Shown: positions 10,400 to 22,526 of the stretch, in pieces | Layout of the letters: every line of letters begins with the position of its first letter | Position numbering within the stretch: position 1 is the stretch's first letter | Origin: Felis catus | Taxonomy: Eukaryota | Direction: 5' to 3' | Length of the DNA stretch: 64,000 nucleotides | Assembly: GCF_018350175.1 (NCBI RefSeq) | Contig: NC_058369.1 | Span: 4,776,001-4,840,000, forward strand | Made by a program: the position numbers and the translations under genes | The notes under the pieces: model-generated | What the model was told of the DNA's origin: nothing | What the model saw: only the letters and a program-made list of their open reading frames with translations | Databases searched by the model: none

Positions 10400-10860
10400 G
10401 GCAGGCGAGTGGGCAGAGGGCCTGGAGGCTGATGGCTGGGAAGTGGGCAGAATCTGGTGAGAATGACCCGAGGTGGACGAGACCGAGGGGGGGTGTGGGG
10501 GGGTAAGCAGGGCCTGGAAGTCAAGAGCTGGGGGAAGTGGGCGAGGCCTGGGGAGAATGACAGAGAAGTGGGCGGGATGGGGAGGCTGATGGCTGGGCAA
10601 CTGGGCGGAGCCCAGGGAGAATGACGGATAGTAGGCGGGACTTGGGGCGAGGGTTGGGGGGATGTCTGGGAAGTGGGTGGGACTGGGGAGTGGGACTAGG
10701 CCTGGGAGGGGGAATGGGAGGATGTGGGCGGGACTCGGAGTGGGAATAGGCGGGGCCCGGGTGGCTGACGGCAGGGGGAAGTGGGCGGAGCCTGGGGATA
10801 ATGACAAATAAGTGGGCGGGGCTGGAGAATGGTCAGGGCTTGGGAGAAGGGTCAGACCTG
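10400..10860 (+). repeat. Degenerate G-rich minisatellite with units of gggaagtgggcgg...gggagaatgac
   Basis: Recurrent aagtgggcgg and gagaatgac motifs; gaggctgatggctggg occurs twice. Confidence 0.65.
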
Positions 10861-10889
10861 GAAGGGGCTGACCCACCTTTCTTAGGGTC

Positions 10890-11430
10890 AAAGTCACGTC
10901 GGCGATGGCTGGTAATTCTCTCGTACCAGCGGCCTCTGCCCTGGACATTCCAGAACTTGGACGAGTCTTTGGTGGTCATTTTCTGGCCGAGAGCCAGGCG
11001 GGGCGGGCGAGCACCCCTTCCTCTGCGCTACCGATCGCCCCGCCCTGCCGAGCACCCTAGACGCGTCTCATTGGTCGGCCGCGGACCAATGGGAATCCGC
11101 CTCCCGGCTCACTGGGTCTTCCGAGGTACCGCGGGCAGCGCCGGGCAGGGGCGCGGGGCTAGGTCGTTGGAGCCGGGCGGTTGAGGGTCTTCCGTCCCAC
11201 TGCAGCTTCCCGGCTCTGTTTCCGGGCTCAAGGCCTGACTGATCGGGCTCCGGCCGCCCGTCTCCCCGCTGCCCCGTCGCCACGCCCCTTCCTCACCCGC
11301 CTTTGCATTGAGACCAAAGACCTAGAAGCACCTTCTCTCTACCCTCAAGTAGACCGCCCCCCTACGCCCACTCGCTTTGCAGCCGGGGGTTGAGGCTCCT
11401 GATCCACCAGGGGTCGCCCGCGGCCTACAT
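10890..11430. promoter_or_regulatory. Orphan CpG island with an inverted CCAAT pair and GC boxes; probable promoter of the PLPP-like locus
   Basis: High CpG density; cattggtc (11069-11076) and gaccaatg (11084-11091); GC boxes at ~10997-11008 and ~11037-11045; minus-strand donor AAG|GTGGGT at 10877/10876. Confidence 0.7.
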
Positions 11431-11808
11431 TGGGTGCCGCTGCCAAGGAACGGGACCTACAGATTCCTCAAGGAAGTGAAAGACAGGTCCCCGGGAGAGC
11501 CTGGGTTCCCACTTAGGAGGGGAGTGGATCTTGGACGATTTGAAGGATGGGCCTGGGTTCCTTTGGGTTTGTTCCCTTGTACTTTGCGTCTGTGTTCCAA
11601 GTGTCTTGCGTGTCTCTCTAGGTCAACTTGCGCCAGTGTGTGACTTATGTGCCTCCGGTGGTCTCTGGGTGTCTGATATACTGTGTGTCTCTGATTGCAT
11701 ATCCCAGGAGGTTTGAGTCTCTTTGACGCTGTTTATGTGTTAGTGGGTATGTGTATAGATTTGATGGCTGCTCTTGTGTATCTACGAGTATGTGTCCAGG
11801 TATGTGTC

Positions 11809-11844
<36 letters not shown>

Positions 11845-12699
11845 TTGTTTTGTGTGATTGTGTATGACTTGAATGGAGGTGTCTGTGGTACCCCTTTATC
11901 TGCTTTGTGGCTGCCTCCCTGAGCAAGTTGGAGAGTCCCTTCCAGGTGGTGGCCCTCCTGGGACTTCCTTCCTGGGGCAGTTGGGCTTGCTTCCCAGCAG
12001 AATGATCTGGCTTTTCATGCCAGGCCCCTCTGAGGGGTCCTGGGGGCTGGCCCTGGTCTGCCTGGGCCTTCCCCATCCCTGTGTCCTTCTACTGCCCTTA
12101 GCAGGGAAACACCATTTCCTGCCCTTGATGTCATTGGTGCTAAATTTTCCCTTCTTCAGCTCGGGCTACTGGTTTCTTTCTACGTGTGTGCACACCTGAC
12201 CACAATTCCGTGCTTAACATAAAAACAAAACAAAACAAAACAAAGCAAAACAGTAGCACATGGAAAATGCAGGTGGGCGAAAGCATATACAGTGAAAGAG
12301 CCACATTTGCTCACCACAGATTCCTCTCTCTTTTTTTTTTTAATATATATACCTTCTAGAAATGTGCTGTGCAAATATATCTCCACTCTAAAGCAAAACA
12401 CGTATTTCAGTACAAGGCATCCTGCAGCTTACTTAGTTTTCCTAGCCCCTAGAGATGTCTCTCGAGCCCCAAGGAGGTGACTCAACCTCGTGCACAGCTT
12501 GGTTACCAAATTGATTCTATGAAGAGTAATCTGTCCATTTCTTTTTCAACGGCTGCTTTGGCCGTTTGCAATCCCAACACTTTTGCAACAGACATTCCTG
12601 CCTGTCTGCCTCTCTGTTCAGATGTCCACACTAGGTTTTGGACCCTGGTGGTATGTTCACGAGGAGAACCAGACTGTCAGCCCCACTGGGAGCAATGAT

Positions 12700-12915
12700 G
12701 GCTAACTGTATGGAGCACCTTATATGCCAGGCCGGGCGCTGTTCTGGCTCCCGGTCCTGGACAATAATCTTACGAGGTGGTCACTGGTGGTAGCCACACT
12801 TCCCAGATGGGAAAACCGAGGCACAGAGAGGGGAAGGAATTTGCTCAAGATCATGCAACTAGCAAGAGGCAGAGCTGGGCTTAGAAGCTGAGCAGTTTGG
12901 ATCGTGTGCTAGTCC
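12700..12915 (+). mobile_element. MIR SINE remnant
   Basis: cagatgggaaaaccgaggcacagagaggggaaggaatttgctcaagatcatgcaactag core. Similar MIR cores at ~230-480, 5450-5680, 14070-14250 and 23270-23500. Confidence 0.7.
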
Positions 12916-14250
12916 TGTTTCTCAAGCAGGGACATAGCTGTGCATATACGGGACCCCCTGCCCCCCCATACCCTTTCCTTATTCCTAAGTGTGCAACGTC
13001 ACATTGGAAACACATGATTCCGGAGTAGCTGGTCATGCACTCCCAACTCCACAGAGCTGAAGTGCTTTGCACGACCATGCCTTGTAGTGCTGACACAACA
13101 CCACAGGTACACATGCTCACGTATGGGGCCCTATGTTTTTCCGTCCTATCTAGGGCTACGGAGACCCGAACCTAGCTTTTCCAGAGACTTGGCTAACTTG
13201 TATAACACGAGTCCCCCTTCTGTGTCTCTTTCCTCCTTCCACACATGTTAACATTGCCATGGCTCAAGACCAACCCTCTTTGATTTGATTCTTCCCTTTT
13301 TTCTCCTTCTTGTTTACCACCCCCCCCCCCCCATTTGCTTGCTCTCTCCCTCATGTACTTGCTCAGCAGACATCACTAACAGTCTCTGTTACGCTTTGCC
13401 TCTGCCTTAGGGGAGACAGAGGATCCAGGCCAGCTAGAAGTTGACACAGGCTGGGGGGAGGGCCACCTGAAGGGGCTGGGGAGCAGTGTAGAACCCAGAG
13501 ATCAGGAATTGAATTTTGCTAAGAAAAATCAAGGCATGCCTCCTGGGGAGGTACCTGTTCACTGGGCTCCCTAGGGGGAAGGCATGGTACTCCTCCCTCC
13601 AACTACTTCCTGCCCAGCGCCCCCCCCCCCCTTAAACGCTGTGATGATAAGGGTGAGGAGTCAGGTCCTACCCCTAAAGGCAAGGAAAACCGGGCCCACG
13701 CTCGCCTTGGGGAGACAGCTGAATGCAGAGGTGCTACTCCAGTGAACGTGGGATGCCAGCAGGGTGATGGTGAGAGCCTCACGGTGGGCAGGGCTGCCTG
13801 GCTCAGATGTCCCGACCACAGCAGCGCGTCATGGCACTCCCTGGCTGTGGCCTGATCCTTCCCCGGTCTGCTGGGCTTTGTTTCCTCTCCTTGGGGGGTA
13901 GTGTATAGGACTCTTCCAAGTCCCTTGGTGCAGGGAGGAGTTCAGAACAGTCATCGTGAGTCACTGAGGCTCATCGACTTCAATATTTTGTTGGAGTCTT
14001 GGTTTCTGCATCTACATATCGGGGCTGACGTTGTACTGGGGCTGTAAGAGATTCAGTGATCATATATGCCAGCCCACCTTTATTGAGCATTTACTCTGTG
14101 CCTGGCACTGCTCACGGCAAGCTCTCAACCAGCCTTTGAGACGTACTTTTATTCCCTTCAACACATAGGAAAAATGAGGCTCAGGGAGGTGAAGCAGGCT
14201 GCCTGAGATCACACAGCAAGAATTTTGAGAGCTGAAATTCCAAACTCAAG

Positions 14251-14575
14251 AGCAGAGATGGCAACTCTGCTCTTTTTTTTTTTTCCTGAAATGGACCAGA
14301 GAGAGTAAATATCTTGGGCTTTGTGGGCCAGTCTCTGTTGCAACTGCTCAGCTCTGCTGTAGTATTGGAAATATGGTCATAGGCAACCCTCAAGTGAATG
14401 GGCGTGGCCACGTGCCAACAGAACTTTATTTGCGGACACTCACAGTTGACTTTCATGTAATTTGCACATATGCCATGAAATAATTCTTCTTTTGACTTTC
14501 CCCGGCCACTCAAAACCGGAAAAAGATGGAACAAAAATTTTGTAGCTCGTGGACTGTGGTTTCTTGACCTCTAGA
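14251..14575 (+). mobile_element. MER58-like hAT transposon
   Basis: gggccagtctctgttgcaactgctcagctctgctgtagt...gtgccaacagaactttattt. A second copy lies at ~30047-30255. Confidence 0.7.
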
Positions 14576-14971
14576 GCCTGTGTGGGTAACTGTCATGCTA
14601 GACTTCACTCGTTCATTCATTCATTCATTCATTCATTCACTCAATGAATATTACGGAGGCTTGCCATTTTCTGGGCACTGGAGGGAGAAGGGTCACAAAG
14701 CAGATGAAATGCTTCTCTTCAGGAGATAACAATTTTGTAGGCAAAACCAGCAAGGAAATAAAGAAATAAGAACATTTCAGATGGTGGAAATGCTCTCAAG
14801 GAAACTCAGCAGGGGCAGTGTCACCCGGGACCCCAGGGGGGGACACTTTCATGCAGGTCATCGGAGAAGGTGATGCTTGTGGTCCCCCAAATACCATTGT
14901 TGTCAGCGGAGGCAATCCTTGGCTGTGGGCCTGCTGTGGGGGTAGGACTTAATAATAAACAGACTGGCCCA

Positions 14972-15156
14972 AGGGGCCCCCGGTGGCTCAGCAGGTTGAG
15001 CTTCTGACTCTTGATTTCGGCCCAGGTCTTGTTCTCACTACATGGGGCTCTGTGCTGACGATGGGGAACCTGCTTGGGATTCTCTCTCTCCCTCCTCCAC
15101 TCGTGTGCCCTCTCTCAAAATAAATAAAAAACATTAAAAAAAATCTTTTGGTTTTT

Positions 15157-15205
<49 letters not shown>

Positions 15206-15378
15206 GCTGTGAATGGGGAAGGGGCAGAGAGAGAGAGAGAGGGACACAGAATCCGGAGCAGGTTCCAGGCTCTGAGCTGTCAGCACAGAGCCCGATGCAG
15301 GGCTTGAACCCAGGAGCCGTGAGATCATGACCTGAGCCGAAGACGGATGCTCAACCGACTGAGCCACCCAGGCGCCCC
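14972..15378. mobile_element. Tail-to-tail pair of Can-SINEs (plus ~14972-15142, minus ~15146-15378)
   Basis: Two tRNA-derived heads facing outward with (CT)n/(GA)n and A-rich tails. Confidence 0.85.
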
Positions 15379-17239
15379 AGCATTTTAAAAAAAACCTTAA
15401 AAAACGAAACAAAACCAGACTGGCCCATGGCCTGTGAGCTTCTTGGCTGAGTGATGCCATCAGAAGAGGGCCCTTTGGCCTCGGGATCTGTGTATCTTCC
15501 TTCCTGGTTGGTCAGGTTTCTAGGAGATGGGCCTTTTACTGTCGCATCTTCCCAGTCCTGGGTGCTGAGTGGGGGTGGTGAGGGCTGCGGTGGGGACATT
15601 TCAGCTCCTGCATTCAGGGGCACCGGTGTACTTAACGCTCTGGTGTCCAGGGTGACTCTTGGACCTTAGCTGCCACCCACCGCACTCTCTTTCGGAGCCC
15701 TGGGGGGTGGGGTGGCCACCAACCACCGCGCCTTGGGGGATGGTGATGGCGGCATTGTGCCAGAGAGATCGTTTTGGCTCCCCAGCCTGCTGGCTGACAA
15801 TTTTGGCTTAGTTTTCAAAAACAACTGCTCTAGCTGTGACCGCGCTGGGGTTTCGGGAAGAAGCACAGCGTACCCGGTGCTGGGCTCATCATCTCTGCCC
15901 AGAGTGACGCTGGAACGGAAAGTGAGCGTCAAGAAGGTGTCCCCTGCCTGCCGGTCTGGGGAAAGAACATTCCGGCGGCAAGTGCAAGTGCCCGGTACAA
16001 TGCAGTGGCCTGGAGGGCTCATCCCCACCGAGACTCCTCAGAGACTCCAGAGTTTACGCTCCCAGAGCGTCAGCAGGTCTAGCTTGTGGTGCTAGAATTT
16101 GCATAATTAACAAATCCCCAGGTGCTGCTGCTGCTGGTTCGGGTGTCACACCTTATAAACCACTCACACCGGAAGCACTTAGCACCTGTGCACCAACAAC
16201 GGCCAGTGTCATCATTGTTTTCTTCCCCTAATTCCCCAGGGAGGCCCAATACAACAAGATAGAACGCAGGGGCGTGCCATCCTATACTTAACTCAGTTGA
16301 ACCAACATAACCCCCCTTCCCACCCCCTGCATTTCCTGGCTGCCCAAGCAGGGCCGAGATCAGGTGTCCTGCGGGCCCTCCCAGTTTCCACAGGGAAACT
16401 GAGGCCTGCAGAGGGTCAGAGGATTGGCGTGGCCACCCGGCCCGGGCCGGTCAGGGCAGAGCAGGGCTTTTGTGGGAGCTCAGGACTTTTCCAGGGCCGC
16501 CCGTCTCTTAATGAACGGTGGCTTCCTCTTTTGGGGCCGAGTTTTGGCCCCTGCTCCGCTCCTCCTCCCGCCTCCGCCTCCGCCTCTACCAGGGACAGCG
16601 AATGGGAAATTTGAGTTTCCTCTGCTTTAGCCAGGGCTGGCTCTTCCCTACAAGGGGGATTTCTCTACCTGGACTCTCCAGCCTTCTGCCTGTGGGGTCC
16701 AGAGGGGGCCCCTGCCGGGAAGCGCCCAGGTGGGTGGGTGGGGGCAAGATGGGGAAGGCCCAAGGCTCCCCGGGAAGGTGAGGGAGGGTTGGGGGGGGGA
16801 GGGCTGAAGGGGGCTGAGGCCTGGCTGTCCTCTGACCCCTCCGCAGATATGCTGGATTTAGGGGAGCGCTGCGGGGCGGGGGGCTAGGGAGTAGCAAGAA
16901 GGAAGGGAAAGAGACAGAGACTGAGAAACAGAAAATCAGAGAGGCAGAGGCCTAGAGAGACAGGAGGAGTCACGGGGAGGCAGAAGCAGACGCACGGAAA
17001 TAATGAGGCCGAGAGACGGAAAGATCCCGCGCGACCTCCTACGGAGACAGTGGTCAGATAAAGAGCGAGCGAGCGAGGCACAGGGAAAAGAGGCGGTGCA
17101 GAGGTACAAAGAGACACCCAGAGAGACAGAGAGGCGGAGAGAGATCGCCGGGAGGCACGGGAGACAAGTAGGGACGAAGAGGAAACGGTGGGCTGGCCCT
17201 CGGAGGGCGAGAAAGGAGAAGGAGAGTGGAGATTCAGAG

Positions 17240-17387
17240 AAGAGAAAGTTAGGGAAACTTCGCACGGAAGGCCGAGGGGGGCGGGACGCCGGGATCCCCG
17301 CCCGCCCCGCCCCGGAAAACGCGGCTTCCGGAGGGTCGCTATAAAGCGCGGCGCCCCGGGCCCGGCTGCAGCCGCTCGCCGCCGGCC
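17240..17387 (+). promoter_or_regulatory. TNFSF9 proximal promoter in a CpG island
   Basis: TATAAA at 17340-17345; GC boxes at 17277-17312; kappaB-like GGGAAACTTC at 17252-17261; a further kappaB-like GGGGATTTCT at 16655-16664. Confidence 0.75.
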
Positions 17388-17633
17388 ATGTGCCCCCGCG
17401 CCGACGCCGTCCCGGACCCCGAGGCCCAGCGGCCGCCCGCGCCCCCCGGCCCCGCCTGCCGCCCGCTGCCCTGGGCCCTCAGCGTCGCGCTGCTGCTGCT
17501 CGCCGGCACCTGCGCCGCCTGCTGGCTCAGCGCCTGGGTCGCGCCCGCGGCCTCCGCGGCGCCCGGCCCCAGCCAACCCCGCGTCCCCGAGCAGCCGCCC
17601 GACGCCCGCGCCCGCCTCCCCGACTCTCCGCAG
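17388..17633 (+). CDS. TNFSF9: 4-1BB ligand (CD137L) exon 1: cytoplasmic tail, type II TM and stalk
   Basis: gccATG at 17388; DPEA..PP...ACRPLPWAL..ALLLL; 246 nt; CAG|GTGAGA donor. Confidence 0.93.
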
Positions 17634-18105
17634 GTGAGATGCGCCCCAGCCCCGGGGCCCCCGAGCGCACCCCTTGCTTACGCAGGACTTCGCGGGGGCC
17701 CCTCCCGGCGGCACCCCGTCTGCATCCCGGGCCCCGGACCCCGAGGGCTAGTCATCTCGAACCGCTGAGGGGACTCGAGGTTCTTTCTCAGCTCCCGGAG
17801 GACCTCGGTTTTTCTCCCGCACCCTTGGGGTATCCCCCTGTCCCTCCCCAGGGGGCCCCCGGAGGGTTCCTCTCCTCTTTACTGAGCCACGAGGTTCTGC
17901 CCTGGCAGACCCCAGGGCTTGGGGCCAGCTTGAGCCACCAGCCTGGGGTGTGCGTGTGCGCTCCTGCTGAACGTTTGGAGCCCGCGGCGGGGCGGGGGCT
18001 GGGGGCTCAAGGCCTGCGCCGACCCCGGGGACCCCCTCCCCCGCTCTCCCGGGACAGCGGGAGGGAGGGGCCTGCATCCCACTTTTCCGCCTTTCCTCTT
18101 CGCAG

Positions 18106-18136
18106 GCCGTGTTCGCGCAGCTGGTGGCCCAAGATG
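18106..18136 (+). CDS. TNFSF9: 4-1BB ligand exon 2 (AVFAQLVAQD-V)
   Basis: 31 nt; pyrimidine tract plus AG at 18104-18105; GTGAGT donor; matches human GMFAQLVAQNV. Confidence 0.95.
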
Positions 18137-18864
18137 GTGAGTGTCCTGCGTCATTCCCTTGGGGGGGGGGGCGTGGGGGCCGGGGGTGGCCAGGAGACTG
18201 AGGAACCCTCGGGAGAGGGAGGCCTCCACTCCCCCCATCTGGCCCTCTTCCCCCCACTCTCTAAGAGCTGTCCCCTCGCCGCTTTGAACCTTCTCTTTCT
18301 GACCTTCCCATGACCCTCTCTGGGTGCGGATTTTCTTCTTCTGACCTCCAAATGTGCCTACCTCAGACGCCCCCACCCCCACCCCTGCCTGGCACCTGTG
18401 GCTTGATCCCACAGACCCCAGCCTGCTCTTGTCTCTCCCACTGGGTTCCCGAGGTCCAGACTTTCCTCTCCTTCTCCCCCGGTTCCCTTTGCTGCTTCTG
18501 GAGACCTCCTTCTAACCTCTTTCCCCTTCCAGACGCTTCCTCCCTATTCTTCCCTCCCTCCCCCTTCCCTCCCCCTCCCCCTTTCAGACTCTCCTCCCCA
18601 CCCTTCCCCTCTGTCTTCTCCCTGCTTCCTGAGACCCTCCCCCCACCACCTCTCCCTCCACCTCCTCCCTCTCTGACATGCCTCCCCCTGCCCCTCAGAT
18701 CCCCCCCTGCCCTCCCTGGCCAAACCCCTTCCTTCCCTTACCAGCCTCACCTCCCTCTGGGAACCTCTTCCTTCCAAGACCTCCCCAGCGCCCCTCCCCA
18801 GGCCTGCACCTCTGCCCCCCAGCAGTGCTCAGCCAACCTCCCCTCTTCTTCCTCCCTCCTTCAG

Positions 18865-19364
18865 TACAGCTGACTGAAGGGCCCCTGCGCTGGTACAGCG
18901 ACCCAGGCCTGGCAGGGGTGTTCCTGGGGCCCGGCCTGAGCTACGACCGGCACTCGCGGGAGCTGATGGTGGCAGAGCCTGGCGTCTACTATGTTTTCTT
19001 GCACCTGAAGCTGCAGCGGGTGGTATCCAGCTTCGGCTCGGGCTCTGTCTCCGTCGCCCTGCACCTGCGGCCCCTGGACGCTGGGGCTGCGGCCCTGGCC
19101 CTGACCTTGGACCTGCCGCCTCCATCCTCCAAAGCCCCGGACTCAGCCTCTGGTTTCCGAAGCAGCCTGCTGCACCTGGGCGCAGGCCAGCGCCTGGGCG
19201 TTCACCTGCGCGCAGAGGCGGAGGCACACCTTGCCTGGCAGCTTGCGCAGGGCGCCACGATCTTGGGCCTCTTCCGAGTGGCCACCAAAGTCCCTGCTGG
19301 ACTCTCCCTGCCGCCATGGCCCATTGACACTGGGCCCGGGTACCCCTCGCCGGACAGAGAATGA
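18865..19364 (+). CDS. TNFSF9: 4-1BB ligand exon 3: TNF homology domain to stop
   Basis: GPLRWYSDPGLAGV...GVYYVFL...GSGSVS.ALHL...ALALTLDLPP...GQRLGVHL...WQLAQGATILGLFRV. Total CDS 246+31+500 = 777 nt (258 aa). Confidence 0.97.
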
Positions 19365-19692
19365 ATGCTGCCTTCTTTCCCCGGGGCTCTTGGTGACGCC
19401 CGGCCACTCTACCTCACCCGGCTTGGCAGGGGTCCCCGCTGCTGACCCCCTCCTCGAGGACTCTCCTATGGGACTCTCTCCCACTCCTGCCTCAAGTCGA
19501 ACTTTTGGTATTTATTCTGAGCCTGAGCTCAACGGTGTACTTTATATTAGTCCATTGTATTAATCCATTCAATGTATATTTATTGAACATCTTCTATATG
19601 CCAGGCCCTGTGCAGGGCTGGAGACAGAGCAGCAAACAACAGGAAAAAACAAAACAAAACAAAAAAACAACTATTTATGTCAATATGTGAGA

Positions 19693-19698
19693 AATAAA
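19693..19698 (+). terminator. Probable TNFSF9 polyadenylation signal
   Basis: First AATAAA after the stop; ATTTA motifs upstream at ~19510, 19578 and 19673. Confidence 0.55.
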
Positions 19699-20139
19699 GA
19701 CTCATCCACAGCCCTGCTGCGGCTTTCGAGGGGCTAGTCTTTGGGGGGTCCGTGTGACTACGCTGTGTGACCTTCACGCATGGAGTTTGTTTTGAGCATC
19801 TCCTGTGTCGTCAGGCACTGTTTGAGATGTTGGGGACGCAGCCCTGAGCAGGCCAGATAGCCCAGCTTTTGCCAAGCTGGCCGTCAGGTATGCCCGCTTG
19901 ACCCTGTTAACCATGACTGCGTGCGACCCTGCATGACCAGACCACGTGGGGGGCGTGAGGTGGGGCGTGGCACGGGGTTAAACAATACTTACAAACTTAA
20001 TGACTACGAAATATTGAGGCTTTGTTGCGTGCCAGGCAGCGTGAGTTACCTTCTTTGAGACCTAACTATCCTATACTTTAGGGATTTCTTTCCCATCTTC
20101 TTATTATTTGGGCTCCTGAAGTCACCTACTTCTCGTATC

Positions 20140-20752
20140 TGTGGCGGAGGTGTCGTGGAACGCCATTCTGCAGGACCTGGCTTGCCGACTGTGTTCCGTG
20201 ACCTCACGCTGGTAACTGAAAATCAGCCAAGAGGCATCTGCCTGCACCTACTTCAGGTCGGCTTCATGTATTGTGTGTGGATCATCTGTTTAAGACCGCG
20301 ATGGAGAAAATGATGTTAAACATGTAGATTATGCTTAGAAGTGTGTCTTGTCTTGGGCTGTTGCGTTGTGAATAGCACACGGAAAATTGAGGAAGTCTTG
20401 TGTTTTCGGACCATTTATCGGATTTAGCGAAGATGTTGCTCAACATGACTGGCAAGCCAGTGAGCGTGGACATCTTTGTCATCCCAGGCCATCTGCGTCT
20501 TTAAAGGAACAGGATCAACCAATATTCAGTTGTCACTTGGAATCCCGGGTGGCTCTGGGGACAGGAGTGGGAAAAATCAAGGGAGGTAATCTGTCAGAAT
20601 TGACTATGGAGTTTGCAATGAAAAGTATTTTATATATGTATTTCGCAGATTCTGTGCTGCACATTTTTGCCAACAAAATTGATAATAAATGCACATAGTC
20701 ATTTTCCCCCCTCTGGAGAGCTGGTTGTTAGGCATTTGCTAGCACACCAGTG
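20140..20752. mobile_element. Old hAT-type DNA transposon remnant (Arthur-like)
   Basis: Terminal-like agagctggttgttaggcatttgctagcacaccagtg; family assigned from memory. Confidence 0.4.
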
Positions 20753-20844
20753 TCTCCGGGCCAGGCCAGCTCCCCCAGCCGCATAACGTCCCCACCATGT
20801 AGGTCTGCCTGCTGGTCAACACAAACCAGCAGGATCTCGGCTTG

Positions 20845-21132
20845 TTTTTTATTTTTTTAAATTTCTTATTTATTTTTATTTTTTTAATGTCTTTATTTTT
20901 TTTTTAAATTTTTTTTCAACGTTTATTTATTTTTGGGACAGAGAGAGACAGAGCATGAACGGGGGAGGGGCAGAGAGAGAGGGAGACACAGAATGGGAAA
21001 CAGGCTCCAGGCTCCGAGCCATCAGCCCAGAGCCTGACGCGGGGCTCGAACTCACGGACCGCGAGATCGTGACCTGGCTGAAGTCGGACGCTTAGCCGAC
21101 TGCGCCACCCAGGCGCCCCAAATGTCTTTATT

Positions 21133-21169
<37 letters not shown>

Positions 21170-21328
21170 AAGCTGGGGAAGGGCAGAGAGGGAGACACAA
21201 TCCGAAGCAGGCTCCTGGCTCTGAGCTGTCAGCACAGAGTCCCATGCGGGGCTTGAACCCACCAACTGTGAGATCATGACCTGAGCTGAAGTCCGACGCT
21301 TAACTGACAGAGCCACCCAGGCACCCCT
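20845..21328 (-). mobile_element. Nested Can-SINEs: a young copy (20901-21120) inserted in the tail of an older copy
   Basis: TSD aatgtctttattttt at 20886-20900 and 21121-21135. Confidence 0.9.
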
Positions 21329-22526
21329 GAATCTTGGCTTCTTATTCAGGACGAAAGGGGCTGGGGTGGGCAGAGAAGTCCCCACAGAGCAGATGGCCTG
21401 GAGGGGCCTTAGGAGGAGGTAAGGGAATGAGGGAGGCAGAGTTGGGAGAGTGGCCTGCACTGGCCAGACAGGGGTTGTGGGATGGGCAGTGAGGCTGCGG
21501 ATGTGGAGGCGAATGCCGTTTGCCTGACTCACTTCTACCCGTTCTCAAAGAGTCCCTCCTGAGTGGGCAGAACTGGCATTGAGCTGACACCTGTGAATGT
21601 CCCCCCCTCCCCCCCCCCATATTGGCAATGAAATTATCAAGCGAATTGGTTGTTCTGTGAAAAGGAAGCAAGTGCAAAATGACCTCTAAAGGCCCAAGGA
21701 GCTGTTAAGACGGGAGAAAAAGGTCTGCCAGTCCAGCTCCATGAGAAACGGTTTATTAAGGGGGCTTACAGGCAGAAGGCCGTTTGGAGTGGCTCTGGAA
21801 ACCCCCACCTCCTGTCAGACCTGCTGGAGGCTGGGAGTCCACAGTGGGGGGGGGGGGCACTCAGGAGGAGCGTGTTTGAGTCATGCACCAGAGCCGATCA
21901 AGGACCTCCCATACTCAAGGGTGTGGTTAAGTAAAAGGGAAAGAATGTGTGTGTGTGTGTGTGTGTGTGTGTGGTGCCGCACTTCAGAGTGATCATTGTG
22001 GCCGTTTGTCCAAGATCGCTTAATCTGGGTCACACGCTGGCAAATGCCTGTTACCGCCTGCCCCCATTGCTAGATGCTTCCTCTGGACTTCCGCCCTTGC
22101 CGTCCAAAACCTTGCCCTTGGTGCACCTCCAGGGTTGTTGGGGGAAGGGCGCTTCCCAGAACCCTTGGTCCAGGGGCCAGCTTCTCGCTACCCTGGAAGC
22201 CTGGTTGTTGCCTATTTTGAGTAGCACCCGGTGACGCAAGTCCTCTGGGGCAGCTGATTGGGCCAGAGTGGACACATGACTCGAGCTGGGCCAATCACGT
22301 CCCCTTGCCCAGGAACAGGGGCAGGCCTGGCTCTACCGAGGGTATTGATCAGGAATCGGAAGCTGTACGTGAGACAGAAGCGTGGAGGGAGCCACGTGCA
22401 GACACAGAAAGGGGGAAGGAAGATGTATGGGGATTCGCAGATGAGACTAAAGAGCCCTAGAGAGACAGAGGAGCTACCTAGGTTCCCTACTTGTCTCTTC
22501 CAGGTGATGTGGGGAAACCCTAGTGG

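Noticed and set aside
6503..10979. Idea that YESSYIAD and ITSHRRRDF are microtubule-inner-protein (Mn-type) motifs in a gene beside a tubulin
   Set aside because: YESSYIADTC aligns to the PLPP extracellular loop (CSEGYIQNYRC), and the other match is a short chance similarity.
18865..18869. Alternative TNFSF9 exon 3 acceptor (second CAG 5 nt downstream)
   Set aside because: It would frameshift the TNF domain; the first AG gives the homologous reading.
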